DNA of 64,000 bases from Strigamia acuminata. Lineage: Eukaryota. The notes below the pieces were generated by a model, which was given only the letters and a program-made list of their open reading frames with translations, searched no databases and had not been told where the DNA came from. The stretch is from the NCBI GenBank assembly GCA_949358305.1, contig OX442314.1, positions 12,648,001-12,712,000 of the forward strand, written 5' to 3'. Within the stretch, counting starts at the first letter, position 1; every line of letters begins with the position of its first letter. Positions 1 to 14,995 of this stretch are shown here, in pieces. Both the position numbers and the translations under genes were made by a program.

Positions 1-1
1 C

Positions 2-238
2 GAATCGAATTCACTGCAAAATCTCACGCATTTACACATTGCCACGTGCCACTCGATTAGTTCCACAACAGTAATTGAATTGCTAGCAATGAAAAATCCG
101 CTAATTGATTTGATCGTTGCTCGTTGTCGAAGTATTGACCAAACGGCGTGGGATCGAGTTGTAGAGTATGTTCAAAGTGAGAATTTGAATCTTCGTATCA
201 ATGCAAGCGTGAGGTTTGGAGAAGTTGAATTAGATTAA
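2..238 (+). CDS. 3' end of an LRR-family paralog (5' part lies outside the window)
   Basis: Frame 2 reads ESNSLQNLTHLHIATCHSISSTTVIELLAMKNPL...YVQSENLNLRINASVRFGEVELD*, matching the C-terminus of the cluster paralogs. Not in the ORF track. Confidence 0.9.
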   Translation, partial: ESNSLQNLTHLHIATCHSISSTTVIELLAMKNPLIDLIVARCRSIDQTAWDRVVEYVQSENLNLRINASVRFGEVELD

Positions 239-3200
239 ACCAAGATGTGACTAAATTACACTTAAAATAAATAAAACATTTATATATTAATGTCAATATT
301 TTTATTTCTTATAAAATCCTTTGAATCTCGTAACCACGATCCGTGAAAATATCGTACAAAATTCTATCACGTTTTCAGGCAATTCATAATTGATGTCATT
401 CAATAATGCGATGAGAAACGAGTGAAACGACTCGTCTCCACGTTGCCCCTTAATAGTATCGACTACCATTGCTAAAACTTCACGAAGAGTATCAAAAATA
501 AAATTAAAAAAAAAAAAAACAAAAAAAAAACCAAAGACCTTTTTAACTAAACCCACAGGGTATAGTGTTTCAAAGTCCAACGAGGAAGTCGAGAAATCTC
601 AGCTCCCACTTCAAATCCCCAAAGTTGAAATAACTATAAAGAATCGAAGATTCATTCTCCTTGCAGACAAAAACGAGTATAAAAAAAAAAAAAAAAATTA
701 AAAAAAAAAAAAAAAACCACTTGGCATGATCGATATTCCTTACATCTCTGGCCGAAAGCTGATACCGACGGAACAGGGACACAAATCTTCAACTACAGCT
801 GATACTTGTACAAACGTGAGATACCAAAGTAGACGATTAAACGACGTCATGTCGCACCGCTAATGATTTCATCGTGCATTAATCATACATCCAACTCCCC
901 ATTAATCTCCTCGCTGTTGCGCTCCTCCACTTTAAAAGAAATAAAATAATAAAACAAAACTTTTCAGAAATCGCCCGAAATTCGTCATCCGATTTGATGA
1001 TTTGATGCTGAAGCACGAATGCTCCTTCTAGTTGCCTCTTGAACTCCCTTCGTACATTTTGCGCAATCCAATTAACTACTCGCTGGCTAATCAGGAAAAA
1101 CAGCCTGCGGCAAGGGATCCTCCATCTGCCCTTCCTCACCCTTCATCCGCGACCCCTTACAGCCCTCGCTTTTACAGTTTTATTGCTAAACTCACACGAA
1201 CGGCGGTTAAAATGCAGCAACTCGTAAAAGCACCGCCTGGCGTTAAAGGCGACGGCTTCCCCGCAACGCAATCCTTTCATTCACATTTCAGAAACAATAA
1301 ACAACCACGAAATCGTGCGCTCTTTTCTCGATAAATTATTCGAATTATCAGTGCACATCGAAGGTGCCATCAGTGAGTGACAGCCCTTTCCCTACATAAA
1401 CCCGTGTGACTCATCCAAACCGCATTTTTCGCCCCCAAAGCAGATTTAAAAGTCAATAAATCCGGAATAAGCCCGGCGGTAACTCGAAAGTAAACTATTC
1501 GACAACTAATTACGAGTATTGACAAAAAAATTATAATAATAATTATGATAAAAAATTCAAATCAAATTTGTCCCGCCCTAATAATCAAGTTAATGCAATG
1601 ATTCATCCCGAATCGAATTTCGCTTCCACGGCCTAAAAAAAAAAAAAAAAATTCCAAATTTAAATTATAAATTACTCTTAAAATATCTCCGAAACGCTCG
1701 CAATCTCCTAACGTTAAATCAAGTCGAAAAAACTCGCACAATTGCCAAATCCGTACATCAATTTCGAGCCAAGTCCATCTTTGATCCATTTTAAGCCCCA
1801 TTCGTAACACTGAAATGAAGCACTGCCCCTTCACTTGACACACCAAGTTTTATTAAAGAAATTTATTGCTCCTTCTTTCTTCTTTTCTTTTTTTTATTAT
1901 TATTATCTCTTCCTCTCATTCTCCTTTTTATATCATCCGATGCTGTATATGGTCCCTCAATCCTCCGTGTGTACAGAATATAAAGGACACCGCAACATCT
2001 TGCAACATGACAATCGATAAGAAGAGCAAAATTGCAGCAAACTCAACCCCATCCCTCGCTTTATCGTCATCCCCTACCCCTATTAAGTCGCTTTAACTAC
2101 CTCTAAATTGTGTTTACGAGACAACTCGACTGAGCTTCATTAGGCCGTATCGTGACCAACAGGTTAAACCGACCCAGCAGCGTTGGCTACACTGGAAATA
2201 AACCGCAACCGAAAATATTTTTCTCTCTTTATTCTTATTCGTCTAAATGCATTAAAGTTGCAAGGTGGCGCCATTAAAACTGAAATACGCTCTTTCACGT
2301 TGCAACTGAGAGAACAAACTTCTCTTGCATCAAGCCAGATTACTTTTTGCACCCAATCTTCTCGCCACTAGATGGATTTTTCCTCCAATTGCAACTTCCA
2401 TCTCCACAAATGGAACTTTAACTCATCTAGTTCGGAATCTGTTTTTAAATTTCCCACTTGAAAAATCAAAATTTTCCATTCCGTTTCCACTTAAAAGCCT
2501 GTTTGTTCCCACATGTATTTTAACATTAAAATTATATTGCGATGCATTTTGTAATACATTTTTACATGCTATTGTTCAATCAAGATACACAAATTGGTTT
2601 CTCGAGTTGATGTTGATCAAATAGGAATCGCGTGTGTATAATGCGCTTGAGACGCGACTCAAGTGCATTTTAATAAGCACAAACGGCCGTTTGCCTTTTA
2701 TGGTCGCATGCATTCTCCTCATCCTCGACTCGGGCTTCTGGAAACCCCAATTTGTGGTTGGTGCAACCAGCAAAATCAAATGCAGCATCTCAACCAACTG
2801 ACCAAAGTGTCCAATTAAGGGCTGCGAAACTCGTAACTGAAGATATACACGCGCGCTTCAGATTTGTTAATCGATACCAAAACATGACCACAACAAATTC
2901 TTCGACGAAAATCAAAAAGAAAACTTAACTTTCATTATTATTCAAAGCTCTCATCTCTCAAATCCCATATACACTTTAACACTCGAGTAAAAAGGAGACG
3001 CGATGTAATATGTATGCTAATTATGTTCCAGGTAATTTCAAGCACCTTCACCAAAAGCGAAAATTTTACATTTAAAAAATGTAAATTCAAACTTTAAAAA
3101 AAAATGGCAACTTGTATAAAGATGAATATGTTTTATTAAAGCCGAAAAAAGAAAGAAAGAAGAAGGAAAAAAAGAGTGAGGAATGAGAGAAGCAACGTGT

Positions 3201-4500
3201 GAAATTAGATTCTCTTTCTCTTCTCTTCTGCCACGTGTTAGTGGATGCAATTGAAAGATGCTGCGAAAAAGAAAAAAAAGAAAAAAGAAAAGAAAAAAAG
3301 AATCGAAGCTTAATTGAATCAAGGAGAGTAATGAAAAAAAGAAACTAGTGAGACCCGTTAAAATTAGTCGGGGATCCTGCAGTGCAGTTGAATCGCAATA
3401 TTTGCTCGTCTTCATTTTGGATCAAGTCCAATTTTAAATGAGAAATAATCAAGTGAGAAAAAATTGAGAAATTTCACCATTTCGAATAATTTATTTTTTC
3501 TTTTTCTTTTTTTCAAAACCAAAAATTTACATTCGTAATCCACATAACCCAAGTGGTTAAATGTATTTTTTGTGTCCGAATAATATACCGTACTGCCTCA
3601 CTAAAAGTTTTTCGGTTTAAACACCCGGCGTCTATTCAGGTCCGGCGCATAACCGAAAAATCACAAATTTTCTCAAAAAATGGTTATTTTGCCGTAAAAA
3701 TCACCGAGTTTTGGGGACCCGGCGGTATTGTAAAAAATATATTTTTTAACCATAGGACAGAAGTGCAAAATATGATAAGGAAAAAAAAAATGGAGTGTTT
3801 TTAACTTTTAACGCACTCATCTGCAGATAGAGACGTGTGAAGTTCCGAATGAAAAGTGTTAAACTCGTTCCCAACATTTTCCTCTCCGTCTTCTGCCCAT
3901 CGTTATGCTTGGAAATGGTTCCTACATGAAACCTCGGAGCTCCCCATTTAAATGGCAAATTGTTGAGAAGGCAAGAAAAAAATGAAAAAGCCACCATTTT
4001 TATTTTACGGTCGGTTGTAAAAATAAAGATGAGAGCTGGATAAAAAAAATAAAGAAAAAGAGAGAGAGAAAGTAAGTGAGAAATCAAATTGGCAATTATG
4101 ACAGCCTTAAAAAACTCGTAATGAGTGATTTCAAAATAAAAGAGTCTTTAATTTTTGTGCTGTCAACGGATTAGGATGTAGAAAGGGCTGTCAAATTAAA
4201 ATGAAATGAATGGTGATGTCCTTTCTCATTTGAAGCCTAAATTGAATTTTTAACACACTCGGAGTGTTGCAAAACTTTTGTCTTTCAAAATTTGAACATT
4301 TAATAATAATGAAGTGTTTGTCAACCGTAAATAGACACTCTGAATATCGTTTTCCATTTCTATCGTCTGCTATATCTGCATACGACAAAACAAGCCTTAC
4401 TTGTCCCTAAACAACAATATAGCTGACTGTTTATTTCCTGTTACCTGTGTAAAAAGTGATTACCGGTATAATGATAAATTATAATTTTTTTCACATTATA

Positions 4501-4867
4501 CAGGGTGAACAAAAAGTCTATCACTATAGTAAATATTTCTGACCTTGGGATGTTCCTTCAAAGTCATTGGGAAATTATCTCGGAAATTGCAATTTTCTTA
4601 AAAATTTTTAGTACAAAAGATTTGAGAATTAGTCACTTTTAGACTAAACAAATGTTGCTCTACAAGTTTACAATTGGAAATTTCTGTCTATCTCTAACGG
4701 TTTCCGAGATAATTTCCCAATGACCTTGAAGGAACATCCCAAGGTCAAATTTCGGGTGACCAAAAGATTGCCCCACCCAACTTTAATACTTTACCATCAT
4801 TAGATCAGATGAATTGTCAGAACTTTCAGAAATATTTACTGTAGTGATGGACTTTTTGTTCACCCTG
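4501..4867. mobile_element. Tc1/mariner-type MITE
   Basis: Terminal inverted repeats CAGGGTGAACAAAAAGTC.../...GACTTTTTGTTCACCCTG, TA on both flanks, internal inverted repeats, no ORF. Confidence 0.85.
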
Positions 4868-4989
4868 TATACAGCGTGAATATGTATGAAAATTAATTGA
4901 ATGGACAATGTACGGTAAATCAATTTTATTTACTTTTTGAATAGTTTAGTCACTGAATTAAAAATTTCATTACGATCTATATGAATTCT

Positions 4990-6315
4990 TTACTCTAAGT
5001 CTTCTTCAAGGTTTGCGCCTTCTAAAGGAACAACACCAAGATCGAGATCGAGATCCAAATTCTGACTTTGAACATAATTTGTAATAATATCACAAGCTGG
5101 TTTGTCGATATTTTGGCAATCGGTAATGCTCAATTCATTCATTGGATTTTTCATTGCTAACAATTTTAAAACAGTTGCTGAACTAATCTTGTGACACGAA
5201 GCAATGTGTAAAATCTTCAGATTTTGCAGTAAATTCAATTCGATGAACTTTGTGATCAAGCTATCAGAAAAATATCGAGAACCAAAAACGCGTAACCTTT
5301 GTAAATTAATGGAATTTACCAATACCATTAGCCAATGTTGTTGAAAAAACGGTGTTATTTCAATACACAGTGTACGTAGATTTCTGAATGGAAGCTGATT
5401 GTACACGTTTATAAAATCATTACTATTAGAATGTTCAGATTCAACGATGATTGAACAACTGCCCAATTGCAAAGTTTCTAACATTGGACAGAAAATGGCA
5501 ATTTTCCGAACATTGACTGCCTTAACCTTGTACAGTGTTAAACTAGACAATCGTTCCATTGTTTTGCGTACTGATGCGACTGTACTACCAAAACGGTTGC
5601 TGAATGTTCGTTGCGTAATGCGAATCTTACATAATTTTGGGAACATATGTGCGACAATGCTAAGATCGTTCACAGTCCACTCTTCCAGATTTATACTTTC
5701 GAGAGAATAAGTGTTTAACATATTGCTAAAATTAAAATCTAGTTTTAGGAGTCGAAATAATTCACTCCAAATGCTGGGATCGCATTTTAATTTCTTTAGA
5801 ACAGGCAATTTTTTTACAAGTTGTAAACATCCATTTGCTGTAACATCGGTCGAGAGGATGTTTAAATATTCAATTTTATCGTTCCTCATAATCACCTTGG
5901 CTAAAATCAAATCTGTGATCTCAATATTTCCTCTCAAGTTAAGACGTTGAATGTTGGGAAAATGGTTCGTCAATGCTGTTACAAGTTCCGATGGAACTTG
6001 TTGGTGTGACAAATCTAGCTCTGGTAAGTCTCTACAAACGTGCATTATTTTATCTACAAGTTCGTGGGTGGAGAGATCGTAAAATTGATTCAGACTGTGT
6101 AAAGATCTCGTTTCAGGACGAATAAAATCATCCGAATGCAAACGGGACTTGATGCTTTTAAGTTTGTACCGATCTTTATAAACAATGCGTCTGTATATGT
6201 TGTTAACCAACACGAAAGGAAAATTAATAAGATCATGGCGTATCTAGTTGTAATTTGCAGAGATTTTTTCCAAACACGATTCTTCCAAACTCGATGCAGA
6301 TTTCCTGTTAGGCAT
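4990..6315 (-). pseudogene. Full-length BC-box LRR paralog with one premature TAG at codon 24
   Basis: ATG at 6315 gives MPNRKSASSLEESCLEKISANYN*IRHDLINFP. TAG at 6246-6244 stands where the 31249 copy has GAG. The frame is otherwise open to 4990. Confidence 0.85.
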
Positions 6316-9300
6316 GTTGCGATATTAGACGATTGGTAATGGACTAATGGTATTTTAGTGAAGCATTCCTTATATAAATAAAACCCATAAACGTGCTGTT
6401 GACGCGTGTGACGTAATGTTTACCAAACGTTGCTGTTTGTAATGTACCGTAAGTATGGTAATGGAGGGTTTGAAAGTTGCCTACATATTTATTTTCTCTA
6501 ATTTAAAGGAATGAAAATTAACTCTTAAAAATACCGACAAACAAAACTTGCTTGTTTTCAAGACAAACTTTAGCACATGAAATTCCATCGTAATTCCTTC
6601 CGCACATGTTCTCTACTGAAAAAAGAAAAAAAATCTGCGCTATCTAAAACTACAAACTCCTCATCCTTATTCATTTCCTAAGAAAATAATTTTTTTCCGT
6701 TTATTTACAAAAGCACAAAAATAACAGCACCTTGAACAAACTAAAAGCACCTGAAAACAAACCCCGCAACCCGAGTGGATTGATCTTTGTGCATGTACTC
6801 TCTTTTGCCATAAATCCAGTAAATACAGTCATAAGCCAATAAAAACGAGCTTCAAAGCCAACATTCTTGTACAGGATCGTAATATAATCCAAACGACATT
6901 TGTTTGAAGTCATTCAAAGCCGACAACAGTACAATCAATAACCCCTCGAGATCACCGTCGTTCTCTCTCCATAAAAATATATTAAAAAATAAAAAATAAA
7001 AATAAAAAAATAAAAAATAAATCCCGCAGATTTGTTTATTGAAAAAACCATAAAGCAAATAACATCCTAAAGCCATTCAATAAAATCCCCAACCACAATT
7101 TTTTCAGGAGAAAACTAAAATCACTAAATCGATCAGTTCACTTGTTGCAATCACAACAAGTAAACAAACCAAACCATTTTCCCTTAAAAAATCTCCATTA
7201 AACCTTGCACCAATTGGCCAAATTGGATATGCGGTTACCAAGACAGCAAAAACATTAGTCGTCATGGCAACTAAAACTTTCTACCTGCCATTTCCCGACA
7301 AAAATCCAAATTTCTCCCTCCGAACAATTTTATAATGTATTGCATAAATAAATTCATCCCATTCCCATTCAGCCTTCCGTCTGTGACGGATAAAGCCCAT
7401 TAAAAATCAGATTACAAAATAAGAATAATAAATAAATATATAAATAAATAAATAAATAAAAATCTTAAAAGAAAAGCTGCACTTTAGTCCGTTTTACGCC
7501 TACAAATATATTCCACATTAGGCAAAAATGTCAACCAAAATAATGCATGTAACTACCAGATTACTTTAGTCTAGTTGAATGAATTTCTTTCCCCCATTCT
7601 AACTCGTGTTCGTGCAGTTAAACTTATTAGTTCTTTCACCCGAAATCCAGCGGGAGACACTAGTGTATGAATGGAGACCAACGCACTTCCATTAAGACCT
7701 AATGAAATGATTCTAACACGATAAAATCCCACAATAAATCTTCAATTCCTAATTATCAATGGATGGAAGGAAAAACCTGCTCGTTTACCAAAGTGTTACA
7801 AAATAAAATAAATTAATATTAAACTTCTACACATTAAAAATAGATTTCTCCCAGCTAACCACAATCTGGTGGACTGCGGCCAGTGTCAACGTGACAAAGA
7901 AACCAGTGGCCAGATGTTGTGCGGTACTTGTATCCCAATTCATTTCCATGGTAATGAGCAACAGAGGGCGCTAGAGTTGACTCCCAAAATAAGACAACCT
8001 TCCTTTAATAAGAAATACTTTTTTAATTAAATGAACTTTCATGGTGCGCCCTTATTCCCATTTATGGATTTAGTAAATGGCTAAATATGATTTTCTGCGG
8101 CTTTGTAGAATTTTCTTACGATGTTGCAGCAAAAATAGCAGTGAAGCCACAAGTCGCAGCAAATCTCTTATCCTTGCATGGAAAAGCATAAATATTCATT
8201 TCCCATGTTAAGTTCAAAATCTCCAGACAGCTTAAAACAAAGCAAACAAAACTACCGTAATCTTATCGAGTCACTCTTAAATTCTTATTTATACTCCCAA
8301 ACAAACATGCATTAATTCCTCTTCTTCGAGCAGCAACTTTAAAGCTATATAACTCCAAACCACTTCGCCCAACTCCCCGTAGTAAAACACGTGCATGTAA
8401 ACATGCCAGTTGCGAGTTCCAAACTATACAGACCCTCAAAGATTCAACGCAGTTATAAGAGTCATTTCCCCACGCTGAACAGTGCGCACATCTAACCGTG
8501 AGAACCAAGACTTGTGAAGATGAAGCAACTAATGAGTTTATTTGAAGCTGAATAATTTTAAGAAATGGTTGGGCAAAGTACAAGTGCAAAGTACAAAAAT
8601 TTGTTAGTCAATAATTTAAACAATGAGGCAATTATAATCGATATTACCCGATACAAAACGATGTAAAATATAATTATTGTTTAATTTCCACACAGATCAG
8701 AGAGCTTACTTCAACCAACCTTACTTCACCAGCTTGTTTATACACAAACAAACGGCACCATCAAAGCGACTCGTAAACCAAGACACGTGTAAATAACAAA
8801 ATTCGTTTTAATTTAATTTATTCACAAATGAATCAACAAAAAAAATAAAACAAAACCAAAAAAAAATTTTTGTCCCCTTGAAACATAATTCAATATTTAT
8901 TTCTTACCTCCCCTATAAATTAATTTGCCACCCTTGTTTTGTTGTTTGGTTTTTTTGTGTGTATGGGACATTTCGCCAGATGAAGATGTAGTGTCGAGAT
9001 TTGGTAAAAGTCGCACTCGACACTTCATCCCCTCGTGCCCAGCCTTTTCCCCTCTGCACAGGAACAACTTTCTCTGCGTTCCACCATACATCACCTGCAG
9101 ACGATGAAGAAGCGACCAAAGGGCAAACCAAACACTGACAAAAGAGCATCATCCACCCGAACGGAAGGAATTTCCTACTCATTACATCAGTTTCCATAGC
9201 AACATTTCAAAATCCACTCAATTTTTACGTCCCCTCTCCGAAATGAAAATGTCATTAAACTATCAAATTACACGAACATAAGTGGATGCAAAATGAATTT

Positions 9301-11007
9301 TTTACTAGCCTAAAAAAAAACATATACACCTGTATATCCAATGTTAATATTAACAAAATTGTCAGTTCCCCTTTTGATTTAAAAATATAATTTACAATAT
9401 ATTGCTTTTTACTTCAACCAATCACAAGTTGATTGACAAACAGCGCTCAACTTCGTCCCAATTACCCACCCCCGATATGTTTGCACTTAAAAGACACGTG
9501 TAAATTGCCCGATGTGCCAAAAGCACAAGGCCACGTCAACCGGACGTGTCCCTTTGATGGATGACCCTCCGAGTCGCGTGGCTCCAACTGTGGCCGCAAG
9601 TCAATGGCGCGTGAGGTCGGCATATAATCGGGGAGACGTCTACCGGGCCCCGGGAGGTCGTACTGTTAGCATTGCAAACTAAGGACCCTCCCATCAACCC
9701 CCAAGTCCCTTCCCACGAGAGTGCGTGGTGGTGCCAATCTTATTAACCGGGGCTTTCTTTGTGCTGGAGTTTCCACCAGACAGAGCTGAGCTGATGATTT
9801 TCCACAGCCGTTGCCCTTCTTCGCCGGCGGTTCCCTTGGCAACGGGTGACGAGGGAGGTAACCAGCCGCCACTCGCCATCTGCGCATTTGACACTTCGCA
9901 CAATATGTCAAAATATCGCTGTGTTACATTATAGTGTTGAAACAGATGATTCGACTTGTTTCAATGAATTAAATAAACACTTAATTATTTTCAGCAGCAA
10001 AAGAGGATTTTTTGAACCACAAAAAAGCAAATTAAATAAAAAATTTGACTTTTTTACTCACAATACAACCAAATATGTCTTACTGAAGAAGAAACTATCG
10101 AAAGGAAGGCCCAAGTTCACATGTGGCGCCCTAACTAATGAAAAATAGACATCAATCTTGCGCAACCATAACTCAAATTCCTTTATCGTTTTAAAGACGC
10201 CGGTTTAATGTGTGGATTGCATTAAACGTCAGTCATAAAAGCAGTAAAACGACATCTGGAAACACATTATAGGCAAACTTTTGTTGGGAAAAAAATTGTT
10301 GTTGTTTTTTTTCCTTCGCCAACTACCCACTTTTCTATCAATAACTAATACTCAATCTAATTTCTGTTCGCGCAATAAGAAAACTCGGATACTGCGCAAA
10401 GAATAGACATTAGAGAACGTACAACTGCAGAAAAGTTGGCACCTCTTTATTGCTGACCACGAGGTCACCCAATCTCAAGGTGAATCAGACCAAACACCTT
10501 TTATTGTGTCTTCTTCTTTATATTTCAGTACTTTCATCTCCAACTTCAATCAGACGCCAAGAAATGATGGCAAAAGCAGCTACAACGAAGTAGAAATCAC
10601 AAATTGCACCTAACACCAACTGACAACTCGCCCATTCTAATGCGTCAAACAAAAAAAAAAAATCCCATCACCGAAAAAAAAGTTATATAAAAAGATGACG
10701 CCAACGTGTCATCGCAATGAACATCTTGATCTCTTAATACAGAAATCTCGGACGCGGATCAACGACTAATGCAATTTACGAGGTGCGGATTGAGGATTGA
10801 CTCGAGTTCCCATCAGAAAGTCTATCCCAGCAGTGATTCCATTCATTAACCCTTACCATCGCAAGACCAACCACTGCGAAACCATTTCATTAATCAAGAA
10901 CCAAAGTTCCAAAGCCAATCAGACACCGCTCTACTTCTGGAATCACGTGACCCATTACGCTTAAAAAATACATTGAAATTATTTTGTGTTTCGCTAGGGC
11001 AAATTAT

Positions 11008-11296
11008 TCGATTTTTTAAACAATGAGGCAATATTAATCGATATTTTAAACAATGAGGCGATATTAATCGATATTTTAAACAATGAGGCGATATTAACCG
11101 ATATTTTAAACAATGAGGCGATATTAATCGATATTTTAAACAATGAGGCGATATTAATCGATATTCTAAACAATGAGGCGATATTAATCGATATTTTAAA
11201 CAATGAGGCGATACTAATCGATATTACTAGCGATATTAATCGATATTTTAAACAATGAGGCGATACTAATCGATATTACTAGCGATATTACTCGAT
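11008..11296. repeat. 30-bp minisatellite
   Basis: About 7 tandem units of AAACAATGAGGCGATATTAATCGATATTTT plus partial units. Confidence 0.95.
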
Positions 11297-14200
11297 AATG
11301 CATTAAACTACACAAGCTATATGAAATGTAATTATTGTTTAATTTCCACGAAAGCAATATATTGTAAAATGTATTTTTGAACCATATGGAAATGGTCGTC
11401 TAGAAATGCGAGTCAGTTTTTCGGGGTCGGCATTATTTAACATTAAGTGATGCGTCTTTGCGATTACATCACACAAAGGGCTCGGAGTGAGGGCGATGAT
11501 GAAAACACTCAGGTGCCGCCATCAACCGGGATTTCACGCTTCATTCTCTTAGGTCACATATCACGTCCCCTCCAGGACCCCATACATCCCCACAAAATTG
11601 GCTCCAGACGCAAGGCGTGCAGGGTTATTAGCAGAGAGGAGGGGTCTATGTCGCCGTGATTGACGGGATGAAGAAAGAGAGGGAGAAGGAGACGACGTTT
11701 GTCCAGACTGGGTGGCACCAAAACTACAGCTGCAACCTGCATGGAAGTCCAGTTTGGGTGTGTGAGAGAAATCGCTCAACAGAACGCACTCTATCGTCAT
11801 TTTATTCATTTATACTGATCTTGGCAATTTGTGGTCGTCCTGACAACGTGATCCAAATTCGCTTCCTTAACGATACATTCAGCCAGAAAACTAAATGCAG
11901 CGATTATGGTACATCAAAGAAGTGCCGAAAAATTACTTTGGTTTGGTTGCCCGGGAAGAGAAAAAAAAGATCAAAATTTGCATTGCATTAAAAAATTTAC
12001 AGAAAGATGATGAAGGTAAAGACGTCTTTCTGAGAAAATAGATTCAATTTTTAAAAAAGTCTGTGCAAAATGTTTACATAAAATAAGTTTTTCCGTCTTT
12101 TTAATCCTCTGGATCTCCATCGGTCTACAAAGAATTGTAAATAAAATCGAGAGAAGAAAAACAAAACAACGAATAAAAAAAAATAGATAAATAAATAAAT
12201 AAAAATTCTAATCCAGCCCATAAAAAAAAAAAAAAAAAAATTGCAAAAGTTCAAGTGAGTTTTTTTTTTTTCTAACGGAAGTAATTATCATTTCAATTCA
12301 ACTAAGCTTATAATTTCATGTTTCATGAAATTATTATCATCAAAACGTTCATTTCCAATCGAAAACAGCCATTTTTGTCATAAAAAGGCACAAAATAGAA
12401 CAAAAAAACCCACTGAGACTGAAATCAGACTGAATCACCCACCAATATTGTCCAAACAGCCACTTATTTTTTTTTAATTCCACATTCTGTCTAAGCCAAC
12501 CCCCCTACAAAGGCTTCAAAGGAAATTTATAATTTATATCACCTGCAACCATTCCCAAGTTGACCATTTCAAATTAGGGATCAAAGAGTACCTCAAACAA
12601 TAACACCAAAACCAATCAAACCCCAAACTCAAAAACTAGCCTAACTTCATCAAACAAACTGCAATCTGTGCAAAAAAGCAAAACGCTCTGTCGATAACAC
12701 AGAGGGGGACGACAATTGATAAGCCAGCCACGTGACCAAATTTGAACGCTACCGGAGGGCAGTTTGGTACTTTCTCTTCACGCGCACACAATAATATCCA
12801 TGGCCTGAATTGCTGGCAGGCGCCTACAGACCCACGACCCCCTGGCGAACAATTCCCTACTCAATTGTGGGCTTTTGTGCAGGGGGGAAGAATATAGGAA
12901 CCAGAGAAGAAGGGGAAGGGACGGGAAGGGACGGAAGAGATGAAGAGAGCACCAGCTGCTGCTGCAGGGACCATGACCATACAAAATAGGCCAAAATGTA
13001 CACAAGCAGTCTGCAAAATGGGAGCAAAAAACATGAGTTACAAGAGTATAAAAAATAATAAAGTGACTGCAGAATATGCAATTTAATCGAACAACTGCAC
13101 CTATCTCTCGTCAGTCCTATTCTTTTCAGACACTGATTCATTGGTCAGAACCACTTTACACCACCCTGCTAGCCTCATCATCAGTTTCACTTCCCCTTTT
13201 GCCCTCTTCCCATAGAGCACTTTTGTGAGCGACTAAGTGGATTTTTGCATTTTAACACTTGGTAATGAGTGGAAAAAGTTGAGGGAAAAAAAAGATAAGC
13301 AAAGACCGGTTTCTTTGAAGGCGATGAGTTTGATACTGATAACAATTTCCCTTTCCCTATCACTTTAACCTTTTCGACCCTCCACTTGTGTAGCAACTTT
13401 GTTTTTATCTTTGTTGCTGATGTCCCCCAATGGCCACACACAGGGACACATCTGGGTCATATCAAGTCCAATCATCCCTAGCCACTGTTTGGCATCCTCA
13501 ATAAAAAAAATAAGAGCAAAGGGCAATAATAATTAAGCGATGGGCGAGCTTAAGAAAATTAACAAGGGAAATGATGCAATTTATTGCAAATTGGGCATGA
13601 GAAAATGTTGGCTCAAAAATTAATTTTTGGAATATTCACAAGTCAAGATTTATGCGTTGGAACATACAACATGCAATTTCGTTTGACAGAAAGATATTTC
13701 TCTAGCCCTTATTTACAGGTGGTTTACACTCGCTGAAAGTAAATGCAGATGTATAAACATATATCTCTGTATGATTCCCTCGACCAGCCCATAAAACTTT
13801 TTTTTCCTTTAAAGCCAAAACAGCTCTCCACAAATCAATAAAAATGAGTGCGAAAATGTGAGTTTGTTCAAGTGGGGGACAGAGGGCGCGCAATCGAAGG
13901 TTTCTTTGTACAGTATTGAATAAAGTTGATGTAAATTACTGGCAATTTCCCACGACAATAGCAATACAAAGCGTTTATTTTATCATCTATTAAATATTCA
14001 TTTCCACTTGTAAAAATGGAAATAAAATTATTATTGCATCATCATCGTCGTCGTGGTCGTCCAATCAGAAGTTTGGTTTGATGGAAGAAACGGGTATTAA
14101 AACAAAGAAAAGTTTTATTGCTCAAGGGGATTGTCGAAATGGATTTCACATGAAATTTATATTAGATGCCATTAACTGCCAAAGCGTAATATTTAATAAC

Positions 14201-14559
14201 GCGTCACAGCAAGTATTGCCCACGGGTCGCGGAATTATGTGTTTATACACAACGTTGTGGTTCATGTCATTGACTAATTCATGAATCAACAGCCTGTTTA
14301 GTTTTAGCAAGAAACGTCGTTAAAAGAAAGGTAAACAAAACAATAATAAATATATAAGTACATTAAGTGTTTATTGAATTGACAAACAGGTGGTAAATTC
14401 GTGGATTTATGAGTGTCTGGTAAAACGATGTCATCAAAGGAAAACAAGCAGCTGTGAGTGACCTGCTGGGAATCCCAGTTGTTTTCCATCCTTGTCTGAT
14501 CCAGGAACTGCTCCAATCACAAGAAAATCTGCCACACAACTCAACTGGCTTTGAAGTGT

Positions 14560-14995
14560 AAAAATGCCATTTTTGAGCATAAAAATGCCATTTTTAGAGA
14601 TAAAAATGCCATTTTTAGAGATAAAAATGCCATTTTTAGAGATAAAAATGCCATTTTTAGAGGTACAAATGCCATTTTTAGAAGTAAAAATGCCATTTGA
14701 GTGCAACAATAAAACATAAAAATACAATAGATGCGACAACGCACTTTTTAGATGCAACAATGCAATTTTTAATGCAACAATGCAATTTTAATGCTACAAT
14801 GCAATTTTAGATGCAACAATGCAATTTTTAGATGCTACAATGAAATTTTTAGATGCAACAATGCAATTTTTAATGCTACAATGCAATTTTTAATGTTATA
14901 ATGCAATTTGTAGATGCAACAATGCAATTATTAATGCTACAATGCAATTTTTAATGTTACAATGCAATTTTTAGATGCAACAATGCAATTTTCAG
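14560..14995. repeat. Two adjacent ~21-bp minisatellites
   Basis: AAAAATGCCATTTTTAGAGAT units (14560-14700) and GCAACAATGCAATTTTTAGAT-like units (14750-14995). Confidence 0.9.
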
